A stretch of 64,000 bases of DNA from the NCBI GenBank assembly GCA_003221655.1, contig QHSV01000236.1:1041-65040 (forward strand), read 5' to 3'. The translations under genes were made by a program, and so were the position numbers. Positions 40,031-52,403 of the stretch are shown here, one piece after another. Source of the DNA: Candidatus Rokuibacteriota bacterium (GTDB lineage Bacteria > Methylomirabilota > Methylomirabilia > Rokubacteriales > CSP1-6). Under the pieces are notes generated by a model that made no database searches, had not been told where the DNA came from, and saw only the letters and a program-made list of their open reading frames with translations. Position 1 is the first letter of the stretch, and every line of letters begins with the position of its first letter.

Positions 40031-40815
40031 CGCCCCCGGAAGGCCGGCTGGCGCTTTTCGCGCCAGGCCTTGTGACCCTCGGCCTTGTCCTCGGTCAGCT
40101 CGAGCGTCGCGAAGCGATAGAGATCGACCAGTGACGCGTCCGATATATTGGGGATGTCCAGGCCCGCGAGCAGGGATTCCTTCGTGAGCCGTGCCGCGAG
40201 CGGCGGCAACGACGCGACGTGCCGCGCCACCTCGAGCGTCTTGTCCATCAGCCGCGCGTGCGGCACCAGCCACTGCGTGAGCCCGATGCGATAGGCTTCC
40301 TCCGCCGTGAGCGGAAAGCCGAGGGCCAGACGCATCGCGTGGCCCTTGCCGACCCAGCGGGCGAGCCGCGCACTGCCGCCGTACGCGGGAAGAATGCCGA
40401 GGGCAACTTGCGGCAGCCGCCACTCCGCCCGCTTGGACGCGACCAGGAGATCGCAGCAGAAGGTCACGATGCAGCCGATGCCGACGGCGTAGCCGTTGAC
40501 GGCGCCGATGATCGGCTTGGGGAAGCTCGCGAGGACCTCGAACGGCCGGGCCCTGCGCTTGGCGATGCCCTTGATGAACTCCGCGGCCGACTTCATCGTG
40601 TGCGTTCGCGGGTCCTTCAGGTTCGCGCCGGCCGAGAAGGCGCCGCCCGCCTCGTCGCCCGTCAGGACGGCGCACCGGATCGTGTCGTCGTCCTCCATGG
40701 CGGCGAAGCAGCGGGTGATGCCCTCGTTGAAGTCGGAGCCCCACGCGTTGCGCGCCTCGGGGCGACTCAGGGTGACGATCCCGATCTCGTCGCGACGCTC
40801 GAATGAAACGGGCAT
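40027..40815 (-). CDS. Enoyl-CoA hydratase/isomerase (crotonase family).
   Basis: 262 aa. Crotonase motifs (AVNGYAVGIGC). Confidence 0.85.
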   Translation of the reverse strand: MPVSFERRDEIGIVTLSRPEARNAWGSDFNEGITRCFAAMEDDDTIRCAVLTGDEAGGAFSAGANLKDPRTHTMKSAAEFIKGIAKRRARPFEVLASFPKPIIGAVNGYAVGIGCIVTFCCDLLVASKRAEWRLPQVALGILPAYGGSARLARWVGKGHAMRLALGFPLTAEEAYRIGLTQWLVPHARLMDKTLEVARHVASLPPLAARLTKESLLAGLDIPNISDASLVDLYRFATLELTEDKAEGHKAWREKRQPAFRGR

Positions 40816-40854
40816 GGTTGGCTCCTGCGGGTGAGATGGTCGCCGAACTGCACG

Positions 40855-42468
40855 TCAGGTATCGTCGCCGTACACGACCCGCTCGCCGAGCTCGTCGTCC
40901 TGGATCATCTGGGCGAGCCGCGAGTGCTGGATCTTGCCGCTGGAGGTCTTCGGAATCGTGCTCGACCGGACGAGGATGACGCGCGCCGGCCGATGGCCAA
41001 GCGCCTTGTGGACGCGGCGCGTGATCTCCCGGACGATTTCGTGGTAGTCGTCGGGTGACGCGCTCTCGCTCCGCACCTCGACGACGACGTGGAGCCGCTG
41101 CGTGCCCGTCCGCTCGCTGTCGATGCCGACCGCGGCGGAATAGCGCACACCGTCCACGCGATCGACCACCTCTTCGATGTCGGCCGGGATCACGTTCACG
41201 CCGCCGAGGATGATGAGATCCTTGAGACGGCCCGTCACGTAGAGAAAGCCTTCGGTGTCGACGAACCCGAGGTCGCCGGTCCTGAGCCAGCCGCCGGGCA
41301 TGAGCACCTTCGCGGTCTCGCCGGGATTGTTGTAGTAACCCTGCATGACCCCGGCGCTCCTGACGCAGATCTCACCCTCCACGCCCACCGGGCGCTCCGC
41401 GGCAGGCGCCTCGTCGCGGGGCGCCAGGATCCGCACCGAGACGCCTCGGCACGGCTGGCCGACCGAGAGGAACCGCCCGCTCGTGTCGAGCCTGAGCGGC
41501 GCGCCCCGCGGCCAGATGGCGACCGCCAGCGTCGCCTCGGCGAGACCGTAGCAGGGCGAGATGACGCGCTTGATAGCGAAGTGCGACTCGAACGCCTCGA
41601 TCGTGGAGGGGCGCACGGGCTCGGCGCCGGAGAGCGCGGCCTTGAGGCTGCTGAGGTCGAGTCCGGTCGTGTCGCGGACGTTGCGCACGCAATTCCGGTA
41701 GCCGAAGTCGGGCGAGACGGTGAACGTCGCGCGGATCTCCGTGATGAGCGCGAGCCACTGTCTCGGGTTCCGGAGATCGGGCGGCAAGAGCCAGAGCGGC
41801 GTCCCCAGGAGCGGTGGCGTGAAGGCGCAGCCGATGAGGCCCATGTCGTGGTAGAGCGGCAGCCACGACACGACGCGGTCCTCCACGGTGATGCCAGCCG
41901 CCTCTGCCATGAAGTGGATGGTCGACACGACATTCTTGTGGGTGAGCATGACGCCCCGCGGATGGCCGGTGCTTCCCGAGGTGTACTGCAGGAAGGCGAG
42001 GTCCTCCTCCGTCGCCGCGGCGGGCGTCGGGAGCGGCGCATCCACGTCGAGGTCGGGCGGCTCCAGGACGGTGCCCACGTTGGGCGCCAGTGCCCGACTC
42101 TGGTCGACGCCCGCGCGGAACCAGCCGATGGTCGCGACCGCGACCGCCTCGGAGTCGCGGAAGATGTTGGCAGTTGTCTCCACGCCGAGCGTGGGGTAGA
42201 GCGGCACCGGAACCGCGCCGATCCGCAGGGCGCCGAAGAACGTGTAGAAGAACTCCGCGCACGTCGGGTAGATGAGGCAGACCTTGTCGCCCGCGCCCAC
42301 GCCCGCCCGCGCGAGCCCGGCCGCGTACCGCGCGCTTTGCGTCCATAGCCGCCCGTACGTCACGGTCTCGTCGAAGAGCTGGAAGTATTGCTGGTCGGGC
42401 GAGAGCGCTGCGCGCCGCCGCATCATCTCGGTGAGAGTCGAGGCACCCCTCACGTCATCGTGGACCAT
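40855..42468 (-). CDS. Fatty-acyl-AMP/CoA ligase (FAAL-like AMP-dependent synthetase).
   Basis: Preferred start is ATG at 42468 (MVHDD...) with GGAGGAG 6 nt upstream. The ORF track extends to a GTG at 42516. Motif FLQYTSGSTGHPRGVMLTHKN is typical of FAAL/FadD32-like enzymes. Confidence 0.8.
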   Translation of the reverse strand: MVHDDVRGASTLTEMMRRRAALSPDQQYFQLFDETVTYGRLWTQSARYAAGLARAGVGAGDKVCLIYPTCAEFFYTFFGALRIGAVPVPLYPTLGVETTANIFRDSEAVAVATIGWFRAGVDQSRALAPNVGTVLEPPDLDVDAPLPTPAAATEEDLAFLQYTSGSTGHPRGVMLTHKNVVSTIHFMAEAAGITVEDRVVSWLPLYHDMGLIGCAFTPPLLGTPLWLLPPDLRNPRQWLALITEIRATFTVSPDFGYRNCVRNVRDTTGLDLSSLKAALSGAEPVRPSTIEAFESHFAIKRVISPCYGLAEATLAVAIWPRGAPLRLDTSGRFLSVGQPCRGVSVRILAPRDEAPAAERPVGVEGEICVRSAGVMQGYYNNPGETAKVLMPGGWLRTGDLGFVDTEGFLYVTGRLKDLIILGGVNVIPADIEEVVDRVDGVRYSAAVGIDSERTGTQRLHVVVEVRSESASPDDYHEIVREITRRVHKALGHRPARVILVRSSTIPKTSSGKIQHSRLAQMIQDDELGERVVYGDDT

Positions 42469-42536
42469 TCGCGACTCCTCCATAGTCGTGGGGGGCCCCG
42501 ACATGGCTCCCCCCACCCCCCAACGAGCGGCGCGGG

Positions 42537-44267
42537 CTAGTCAATCCGGGTGCCGAGCGTCGCCAGCGTCGCGTGTGCTTCGCCGTCTCTCAGATAGAGC
42601 ACCGAGACGATGTCCCCGGCCCGGCGGGCGCGGACCAGGCTTCGAAGATCTTCGAGCCCGTCGACGGGAGTCCCGCCGAGGCGGACGATCACGTCGCCAT
42701 CGCGCAGGCCCGCCTGCGCGGCCGCTGTTCCGGGGAGGACGCTCGAGAGCCGAAGACCATCGGCCCCCGGGCGGGGCAGGGCGACGATGCCGAGGAACGC
42801 GCCGCCGGGAGTGCCGACCTGGCGCCGGCTCGGCGGCGGAACCTTCGCGTAGACCGGACGGGCATCCGTCGCGAGACGCTCGATGACGCGTACGGCAACG
42901 GCGGCGACGCGAGCCATGCCGGCCGCGTCGATCTTGTCCGCGGTATCGGTCGGACGGTGGTAGTCCTCGTGGCCCCCGGTGTGGAAGAACAGGACCGGGA
43001 CCCCGGCGTCGTAGAACCGGGTGTGGTCGGAGGGCCCGTGCGGCGAGCCCTGGAGGTCGGCCGTGATCCCTTCCTTCTGTGCCGCCTCGCTCACGAGCGC
43101 CCGCAGCCCGCTGCCGCTGTCGCCGCCGCCCACGTTGAGGCGGCGGGTCCGGAGCCGGCCGACCATGTCGAAGTTCAGCATCGCGACGGTCCGCGTGAGC
43201 GGCACCACCGGCCGGCCCACGTAGTGACGCGAGCCGATCAGGCCCAGCTCTTCGGCGCCGAACAGCGCGACGACGAGCGTGCGGCGCATCCCGCCGGCCG
43301 CCGCGAACGCGCGCGCCAGGCCGAGGGCCACGGCCGTGCCGGAGGCGTTGTCATCCGCGCCGGGGTGGACGACGCCATCGACGCGACCGAGATGATCGTA
43401 GTGCGCGCCGATGACGACGGCTTCGTCGGCGAGCGCCGGGTCGGCGCCGGGCAGGATGCCCACAACGTTCATGCCGCGGACTTCGTCGGACACGATGTCG
43501 ACCCGAATCCGCGCGCGCGCGCCCGTCGCGAATGGCCCGGGCGCGTGCGCCGCGACGAGGGCATTCGCCGCCTCGGTCGTCGTGCGGCCCGCGGCGGCCA
43601 GTACGGCGTCGGCCGCCTCGCGCGTGAGCGCCCCGGACACGAGACCGACTCGGACCGCCGTCGTGTCCGGTGACGGCAGATCGGGACCCGCGAGCAGCAG
43701 TGCGAGGGCCCCGCGGCGCTTCGCCGCGATCAGCTTGTCGAGGCGGCTCACTCGCGCTCCAGCCGGGTGGACCGGCGCCCCGTCCAGCGCGAGCGCGACC
43801 TTGCCGCGGACGTCCACCCCTGCATAATCGTCGTAGCCACTGTCGGGGAGGTCGGCGCCGTAGCCCACGAAGACGACGTCACCGGTGACCTCGCCGCCGA
43901 GCGAGCCGCCGTGCGGGATCCAGTCGCGTCCGAGCTCGAGCCGCCGCGGGGCCGGGCCGGACAGCTCCAGTGCGCTCGCCGGGCCGCCGTGCGACGAGGT
44001 CTCGAGGACGAACGTCTGGAGGAACGATCCCTGGTCGCCGCCCGGACGGAGCCCGGCGGCGGCCAGCGCGTCGGCGATCTGCCGCGCGGCGCGATCGCCG
44101 CCGGCGGTACCCGATCGCCGACCCTCCATCTCGGGCGCGGTCAGCGCGCTCACGGCCTCGGCCAGCTGCTCCGCGGACGGCGGGACGACAGCGGCCCGCG
44201 CGAATACACCGGTCGCCCCGAGCAACAGGGACACCGCCAAGAAGAGAAGCACGCGAGGGCGAGTCAC
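42537..44267 (-). CDS. Secreted M28-family metallopeptidase (aminopeptidase) with a PA domain and a C-terminal PDZ domain.
   Basis: 576 aa. Signal peptide. M28 zinc-ligand region (HYDHLGR..., DDNASGTA, EELGLIGS). C-terminal PDZ-like segment. Confidence 0.75.
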   Translation of the reverse strand: MTRPRVLLFLAVSLLLGATGVFARAAVVPPSAEQLAEAVSALTAPEMEGRRSGTAGGDRAARQIADALAAAGLRPGGDQGSFLQTFVLETSSHGGPASALELSGPAPRRLELGRDWIPHGGSLGGEVTGDVVFVGYGADLPDSGYDDYAGVDVRGKVALALDGAPVHPAGARVSRLDKLIAAKRRGALALLLAGPDLPSPDTTAVRVGLVSGALTREAADAVLAAAGRTTTEAANALVAAHAPGPFATGARARIRVDIVSDEVRGMNVVGILPGADPALADEAVVIGAHYDHLGRVDGVVHPGADDNASGTAVALGLARAFAAAGGMRRTLVVALFGAEELGLIGSRHYVGRPVVPLTRTVAMLNFDMVGRLRTRRLNVGGGDSGSGLRALVSEAAQKEGITADLQGSPHGPSDHTRFYDAGVPVLFFHTGGHEDYHRPTDTADKIDAAGMARVAAVAVRVIERLATDARPVYAKVPPPSRRQVGTPGGAFLGIVALPRPGADGLRLSSVLPGTAAAQAGLRDGDVIVRLGGTPVDGLEDLRSLVRARRAGDIVSVLYLRDGEAHATLATLGTRID

Positions 44268-44297
44268 ACGGGCATCTTACTCCAGCTTTAGCGGGGT

Positions 44298-44804
44298 TTA
44301 TGCCGCTCGCGACTTGACGGAAGCCACTCGGCCACCGGTCATCTGCACGAGGTCGGCGGGCGTCAGCTTGAAGACCGTATTCGGATGACCGCCCGCCGCC
44401 CAGATCTCCGGCCACTGCATCAGATCCTCGTCGATCAGGATCGTCAGCGGCTCGGCATGCGCGACGGGAGCGACGCCGCCGATCGCGAAGCCCGTCCGGG
44501 CCCGCACGAAGTCGGCGTCGGCCCGCGCCACGGGTTCGGCGACCAGCCCGGCCACCCTACGCTCGTCGACGCGGTTCGCGCCGCTCGTGATGACCAGGAC
44601 CGCGCCCTGGGTGTTCTCGCCGCGGAAGACCAGTGACTTCGCGATCTGGTCGACACGGCAGCCGACCGCGCGCGCGGCTTCGGCCGAGGTCCGCGCGGAC
44701 TGCTCGAGGGCGACCACGGTGTGGCCGCCGCCCGCGGCGGCGAGGACGTCCTGAACCCGCCGGACGCTCGGGCCTAGCATCGGGTCCGTCCCTTCATCCG
44801 CCAT
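44298..44804 (-). CDS. YbaK/ProX-type aminoacyl-tRNA deacylase domain protein.
   Basis: 168 aa. YbaK-like sequence. Its start overlaps the upstream stop (TGATG). Confidence 0.75.
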   Translation of the reverse strand: MADEGTDPMLGPSVRRVQDVLAAAGGGHTVVALEQSARTSAEAARAVGCRVDQIAKSLVFRGENTQGAVLVITSGANRVDERRVAGLVAEPVARADADFVRARTGFAIGGVAPVAHAEPLTILIDEDLMQWPEIWAAGGHPNTVFKLTPADLVQMTGGRVASVKSRAA

Positions 44805-45538
44805 CAGAGACCGCGGACGGCTCGCGAAACCTCGCCGGGCTCCGGCCTCACCTGAATGCTGTCGGCCAGCGAGAGCCAGCGGACGATCCCCTGCCGGTCG
44901 ATGACGACCGTCGTCGGTCTCGGGACATCCTGCCCTTTATTCCCGCCGCGGGCGTGCACGAGACCGTAGCGCCGCGTCACCGTCAGGTCGCGGTCCGTGA
45001 GGAAGCGGTAGCGCGCCCGAAGCCGCTCGGCGAGCGCCTGGCTCCGCTCGTTCGAGTCGGGACTGATGGCCAGAATTTGCACACCGGCGTCGCCGAGCTC
45101 CGTGAGGACAGCTCCAAGCCCTTGGAGCTCCGAGACGCAGAAGGGTCACCAGTAGCCGCGGTAGAAGACGAGGACGACCGGCGTCCGGTCGCGAAAGGAC
45201 GCGAGGGTGACCGGGGCGCCCGCCGCGTCCGGCAGCGTGAAGTCGGGCGCAGGTTCGCCGACGTGAAGGGCAGGCGCCGTCGTCGGGATCCTCGCGAGCG
45301 CGAAGTTGAAGTAGCCGCCGAGCACGAGCAAGGCCGCCGAGAACACGAGGGCCGCGAGGTTTGGCCAGCGCGCGGCCCGCCACGAGGCAAGCGCCGCGAT
45401 CGCTGTCGCCAGGGCGAAGGCCGTGAGGTAGAGCGCCGGATGGTTGCGGATGACGGGCACCCGCAACAGGGAGACGTAGCCGGCGACGGCGCCGAGCGAG
45501 AGGGCGACGCTCAGAAGCGCCGGCCAGTACCTCGTCAT
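44804..45538 (-). CDS. Candidate selenoprotein: membrane-anchored peroxiredoxin-like (PRX_like2/redoxin) thiol-disulfide oxidoreductase, with an in-frame UGA (plus 45146-45148) at the first position of a U-P-F-C redox motif.
   Basis: ATG 45538 overlaps the LmbE stop (ATGA). Three N-terminal TM segments, then ...APDFTLPDAAGAPVTLASFRDRTPVVLVFYRGYW-TGA-PFCVSELQGLGAVLTELGDAGVQILAISPDS... in a single frame. ORFs 45146..45730 and 44804..45082 are in the same frame and separated only by this TGA. Confidence 0.6.
45108..45131 (-). other. SECIS-like mRNA hairpin downstream of the UGA of the Prx-like gene.
   Basis: mRNA GGAGCUCCAAG-GG-CUUGGAGCU: 8-9 bp stem with a G-rich apical loop, starting 15-17 nt after the UGA. 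Confidence 0.45.
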
Positions 45539-46233
45539 CGCCCGAGGACGACCCGGTCGAACGTCTCCGCGTACCCGTAGCCCTTCGACTTGCCGAGCTC
45601 GGCCGAGCGCTCGCGCACGCGCTTCTCGACGGCCGGGAAGTCGGCGAACTGACTCGCGTGGCAGGCCAGAGCCTTGAGCTTCAGATCCATGACGTCGGAG
45701 ATATCGACCACGAGGTGCGGGTTCTCCCACTGCATGAGATGGATCTCGAGCACTTTGTGGGGCTCGTAGTCGGGCATGAGCTCCGGAAACGCCAGGTGGT
45801 CGCGGGCGAGCGGGTACACGCAGTCGAGGGCGACCCCCGCGGTGATCCGGTGGTCGCGGTGGGAGCCGCCGAGGTTGTAGCTACGTTGCGGGTTCATGGC
45901 GATGACGAGGTCCGGGCGCCAGCAGCGGATCTGTCGGGTGACATCACACCGGAGCTCGCGCGTGTCCTCGACCTCGCAGTCGGGATAGCCGAGGAACTCG
46001 ACTCGCGCGACGCCGAGCGTGCGGGCGGCGTTTCGCTGCTCCGCCTCGCGGATCAGGGCCAGGCGCTCGGATGTCATCGTGCGATCGCCCGAGCCCTTGT
46101 CGCCGTTGGTCACGATCACGTACGTGACCTCGCAGCCCTCCTTGACCAGCTTGGCGATGGTCCCGCCGGCCCCGAACTCGGAATCGTCAGGGTGCGCCGT
46201 CACCACCATGACGCGCTCGATCTTCTCGGCCAA
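45535..46233 (-). CDS. PIG-L/LmbE-family N-acetylglucosaminyl deacetylase (MshB/BshB-like).
   Basis: 232 aa. VMVVTAHPDDSEFGAGGT N-terminal motif of LmbE-like deacetylases. Confidence 0.8.
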   Translation of the reverse strand: MAEKIERVMVVTAHPDDSEFGAGGTIAKLVKEGCEVTYVIVTNGDKGSGDRTMTSERLALIREAEQRNAARTLGVARVEFLGYPDCEVEDTRELRCDVTRQIRCWRPDLVIAMNPQRSYNLGGSHRDHRITAGVALDCVYPLARDHLAFPELMPDYEPHKVLEIHLMQWENPHLVVDISDVMDLKLKALACHASQFADFPAVEKRVRERSAELGKSKGYGYAETFDRVVLGR

Positions 46234-46244
46234 AAGAGTCTCCT

Positions 46245-46389
46245 TTGTAGCGGGGGCCGTGAGGCCGGATCGGATCGGGGGTGGCCTGACATAGGCGCGA
46301 CCCGGCTCCGTGGCGCCCGCTCAACCGTTAGCTCAACCGTCAAAGGTCGTAGGCGCGACCGGGCTCCGCGGCGCCCGCTCGACCGTTAG
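46245..46389 (+). repeat. Copy B of the dispersed intergenic repeat family. Its 3' half is tandemly duplicated (46291-46331 and 46351-46389).
   Basis: ttgtagcgggggccgtgaggccggatcggatcgggggtggcctgac...gcgacccggctccgtggcgcccgctcaaccgttag, then a second copy aggcgcgaccgggctccgcggcgcccgctcgaccgttag. Confidence 0.7.
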
Positions 46390-46447
46390 AGGTTCTTTAC
46401 CAGCATACCGATTCTGGGCGTGGGGGGCGAACGGCTATAATTGCGTG

Positions 46448-48094
46448 ATGTCGATCGCCGCCCCGCGCCGGGTGGGGATCGCGGGCTTGCTCGGGCTCCT
46501 CGCCGGCGCGATCGTCCTGATGCCGGCGCCCGGGAATCCAGGGGCTCTCAGGCTCGCCGGAGTAGGCCTGCTCTGGTGGTACGCGGCTCTCGCCGCGCCA
46601 CTCGCCGCAGTCCTTCTGGTGATCGTCGTTCGGTGTGCGTCTCCCGAGGCTGGAACCGCAGGTGGCTCGGCCGCCCTCGCGGCGTGGACGTCACCGGTGG
46701 TCCTCGCCCTCGTGGCCGCACGCGTTTTCTCGGGGGCGCCGGAGGCGCCGACGATCGCGCTCGCCATCCTCGTGGCCCCGCTGATCGCGCTGCTTTATCC
46801 GGCCACGGACGCAGCGCAGCGACCGAACCGCGTCGCGGCGCTGGGGATCAGCGCCGGCGTCGGATTGGTCCTTTGGGCGAATCTCCTCCTGCTCGCGGAC
46901 GTCGCCGGCTTGCTGGGTCTCCCTCGCTGGGCGACGAGCATCGTCGCGGCATGCGTGGCCCTTCTGGCCGTCGCACTGCTGCGTGGCGACTCCGGCCTCT
47001 GGCTCCTATACGTGAGCGGCCTGGGGTTCGTGGCGTTGGTCACGGTCGTCGCCGTCGCTCTCGCCGCCTCTCCCTGGGGCGCCTGGAAGGACGTCGCGTC
47101 GCGGCCTGCGCTCACGTTCGGAGCGCGCAATCCGTGGGTGACCGAGGGCCGGACGCTAGCCGCGCCGACGACGCTCGAGTTCACGGAGGCTCATCGCGTT
47201 ACGGCGCTGAGCCCCGCCACCTATCGCGTCCTCGAGCCCGGCCGGTTCCGCGAGTGGCGGCTTCGCGCCGGCGAATCGCTGTCGCTCCGGGCAGGCGATC
47301 ATCTGGTGATCGGCGCCGGAGCGCGTTTGATGTTCGAGGCCGGAAAGCGGGTCCCGGGGGCGGCCGCCTCGGGTGCCACGTGGGCCGACCCGCCGGAGCG
47401 GAGCGGACTTTCGACGGTCGTGCATTCGCTGGGCGCCGCGCTCACGCTGGTCGGTGGCGCCGTCGCCCTCGTCGTACCCGAGCGGGCGCTGACGATCCGG
47501 GCTGTCTCCACGGGGTCAGGGCTCGTGCTGGCGTTCGTGCTCGGGGCCCTCTGCCTCGGCGTTTACGGGGCCTACTCGGCCTCCTGGCTCTCCATCGGCG
47601 CGCCCGCGCTCGCGGCCGTCTTCAGCGTCCCGGATGCTGTCGTCCCCGGACGGGCGGGCAGCGCCGTGGCGGTGCTGAGCGCCGTCGTGCTGCTCCTTCT
47701 CCTCTCGGCAACTGTGCTGGCGCTGCGGGGCGTCCTCGGCCGAGCGTGGGGTGAAGCGAGGACCGCGCTGACGGACCCCACCATGGCATTCCTCGTCGTC
47801 GCCGCCTCCATCGGCAGCCTGTGGCCGGGCGACGCATCGCGAGCCCTCCTGGCCGGACTCGGGCTGACCGCGTCGGCCGCCGTCGCGCCCCGTGTCGCGG
47901 GCGACAGCCCGGAGGCCCGGCTGGCGGGTTCGCTGGTCGGCGTGATCGCGTTCGCCGGTCTCTCCGTGCTCGGGCCGCGCCTGCCGGCGTGGGCCGACAT
48001 TGTGTGGACATACCCCGCGCTGGCCGCGGCGCCCCTCGCATGGGTGGTAGTGCGAGCGGAGACCGTGCGACGGGCGAGGCGAGCACTTCAATGA
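46448..48094 (+). CDS. Polytopic integral membrane protein, function unknown (Ala/Leu/Gly-rich, about 12 or more TM segments).
   Basis: ATG at 46448. 548 aa of mostly hydrophobic sequence. No recognisable motif. Confidence 0.5.
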   Translation: MSIAAPRRVGIAGLLGLLAGAIVLMPAPGNPGALRLAGVGLLWWYAALAAPLAAVLLVIVVRCASPEAGTAGGSAALAAWTSPVVLALVAARVFSGAPEAPTIALAILVAPLIALLYPATDAAQRPNRVAALGISAGVGLVLWANLLLLADVAGLLGLPRWATSIVAACVALLAVALLRGDSGLWLLYVSGLGFVALVTVVAVALAASPWGAWKDVASRPALTFGARNPWVTEGRTLAAPTTLEFTEAHRVTALSPATYRVLEPGRFREWRLRAGESLSLRAGDHLVIGAGARLMFEAGKRVPGAAASGATWADPPERSGLSTVVHSLGAALTLVGGAVALVVPERALTIRAVSTGSGLVLAFVLGALCLGVYGAYSASWLSIGAPALAAVFSVPDAVVPGRAGSAVAVLSAVVLLLLLSATVLALRGVLGRAWGEARTALTDPTMAFLVVAASIGSLWPGDASRALLAGLGLTASAAVAPRVAGDSPEARLAGSLVGVIAFAGLSVLGPRLPAWADIVWTYPALAAAPLAWVVVRAETVRRARRALQ

Positions 48095-48152
48095 TCGGCC
48101 AGCGAGCACGGAATGTTGCCGCGGCCTCGCGACGCTGACACAATAGGTCCCC

Positions 48153-50966
<2,814 letters not shown>

Positions 50967-50969
50967 CGC

Positions 50970-52403
50970 ATGCGCCGGACCAAGATCGTTTGCACGATCG
51001 GTCCCTCGAGCCGCAGCATCGCCGAGCTCGATCGCTTGGTCGGAGCTGGCCTGGACGTCGCCCGCCTCAACTTTTCGCATGGCACGCACGACGAGCATGC
51101 GGAGGTTCTCCGGCGGCTCCGTGAGGGCGAGGCGCGATGGGGCCGCCCGGTCGCCATCCTTCAGGACTTGCAGGGGCCGAAGATCAGACTGGGAACGTTT
51201 GGCCCGGGTGGGGGCGCCCGCGTCGACCTCGAGCCGGGCCGGACGTTCACCCTCTACGCCCGTCCGGTCGAGGGCACCGCGGAGCGGGCCTCGCTCACCC
51301 ATCCGGAGTATTTGAAAGACCTGCGGTCCGGCGACGAGATCTGGATGGACGACGGGATGATCCAGCTCCGCGTCGAAGCGGTGTCGCCGGACGACGTGCG
51401 GTGCCGCGTGGTCGTCGGCGGACGCATCAGCGATCACAAAGGGCTCTCGCTGCCGCGGATCACGCTGCCGGTGTCCTGCCTGACGCCGAAGGACCGCGAC
51501 GACCTGCGCTTCGGTCTCCGCCAGGGGGTGGACTTCGTCGCGGTCTCGTTCGTCCGGTCGGCCGAGGACATCGAAGAGGTGCGGAGCTTTCTGCGGGCCG
51601 AGGCCGCCGGGGACCTGCCGATCGTCGCGAAGCTCGAGCGTCACGAGATCCTCGGCAATCTCCCGGGCATCTTGAACAAGGTGGACGCGGTCATGGTCGC
51701 GCGCGGCGACCTCGGCGTCGACGTGCCGATCGAGGACGTGCCCCATATCCAGAAGGAGATCATTCGCCAGGCGCGCGACGCGAAGGTCCCGGTGATCGTC
51801 GCGACCCAGATGCTGGAGTCGATGGTCACGCATCTGCGGCCCACGCGTGCCGAGGTCTCGGACGTCTCGACGGCGATCTTCGACGGCGCCGACGCGATCA
51901 TGCTGTCCGCCGAGACCGCCACCGGGCGGTATCCCGGCGAGGCGGTCTCCGTCATGGCGCGGATCGCCGAGCGCGCCGACGGCGCGATGCTGGCCGTTGA
52001 ACGGGAGCGGCGGCGGCGGCCGGGCGGGAGCTTCCAGGAGGCCATCTCCGACGCGGCGGCGACGGCCGCGCACATGCTCGGCGCGCGCGCCATCGTGGCG
52101 TTCACCGAGTCGGGCTTCTCGGCCCGCCTCATCTCGCAGGCCCGGCCGGGCGTGCCGATCATTGCGCTGACGCCGTTCGTCGAGGTGCAGCGGCGGCTGG
52201 CGCTTTCGTGGGGCGTCTCCTCCCGTCTCATCCGAAAGGTCGAGTCGACCGACGAGATGATCGAGGAGGTCGAAGCGACGCTGCTGAGCAACGGCTCGGT
52301 GCGCCCCAACGACGTGATCGTCATCATCTCCGGATCGCCCATGTGGGTCCGGGGAACGACCAATCTATTGAAGCTCCACCGGGTGGGCGAGCGCCGCGCG
52401 TGA
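50970..52403 (+). CDS. pyk: Pyruvate kinase.
   Basis: 477 aa. MRRTKIVCTIGP N-terminus and conserved PK core (MVARGDLGVDVP). Confidence 0.93.
   Translation: MRRTKIVCTIGPSSRSIAELDRLVGAGLDVARLNFSHGTHDEHAEVLRRLREGEARWGRPVAILQDLQGPKIRLGTFGPGGGARVDLEPGRTFTLYARPVEGTAERASLTHPEYLKDLRSGDEIWMDDGMIQLRVEAVSPDDVRCRVVVGGRISDHKGLSLPRITLPVSCLTPKDRDDLRFGLRQGVDFVAVSFVRSAEDIEEVRSFLRAEAAGDLPIVAKLERHEILGNLPGILNKVDAVMVARGDLGVDVPIEDVPHIQKEIIRQARDAKVPVIVATQMLESMVTHLRPTRAEVSDVSTAIFDGADAIMLSAETATGRYPGEAVSVMARIAERADGAMLAVERERRRRPGGSFQEAISDAAATAAHMLGARAIVAFTESGFSARLISQARPGVPIIALTPFVEVQRRLALSWGVSSRLIRKVESTDEMIEEVEATLLSNGSVRPNDVIVIISGSPMWVRGTTNLLKLHRVGERRA

Noticed and set aside
45146-45148. The in-frame TGA codons at 45146-45148 and 58685-58687 read as simple pseudogene breaks or sequencing errors.
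   Set aside because: Both fall precisely on the first Cys position of thioredoxin-fold CxxC motifs. Both ORFs remain intact on either side. Each is followed by a stable hairpin (the Grx-DinB one at canonical SECIS spacing, the Prx-like one at a longer 15-17-nt spacing). Selenocysteine is the more economical explanation, but it stays unproven without the sel genes.
48095-48152. A LexA/SOS box upstream of uvrA.
   Set aside because: Nothing resembling CTGT-N8-ACAG, GAAC-N4-GTTC or GTTC-N7-GTTC is present. There is only a weak TTGCCG-N17-CACAAT promoter-like match.
52208-52399. The N-terminal extension of the histidine-kinase ORF back to 52208, and similar 5' extensions of ORFs 17803..19737, 25046..27001, 31452..33782, 11758..13428 and 14122 (a GTG start in place of ATG 14098).
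   Set aside because: The extensions overlap the preceding genes and carry no domain signal. Starts that are coupled to, or lie just after, the upstream stop, with SD-like motifs, fit the protein families better.
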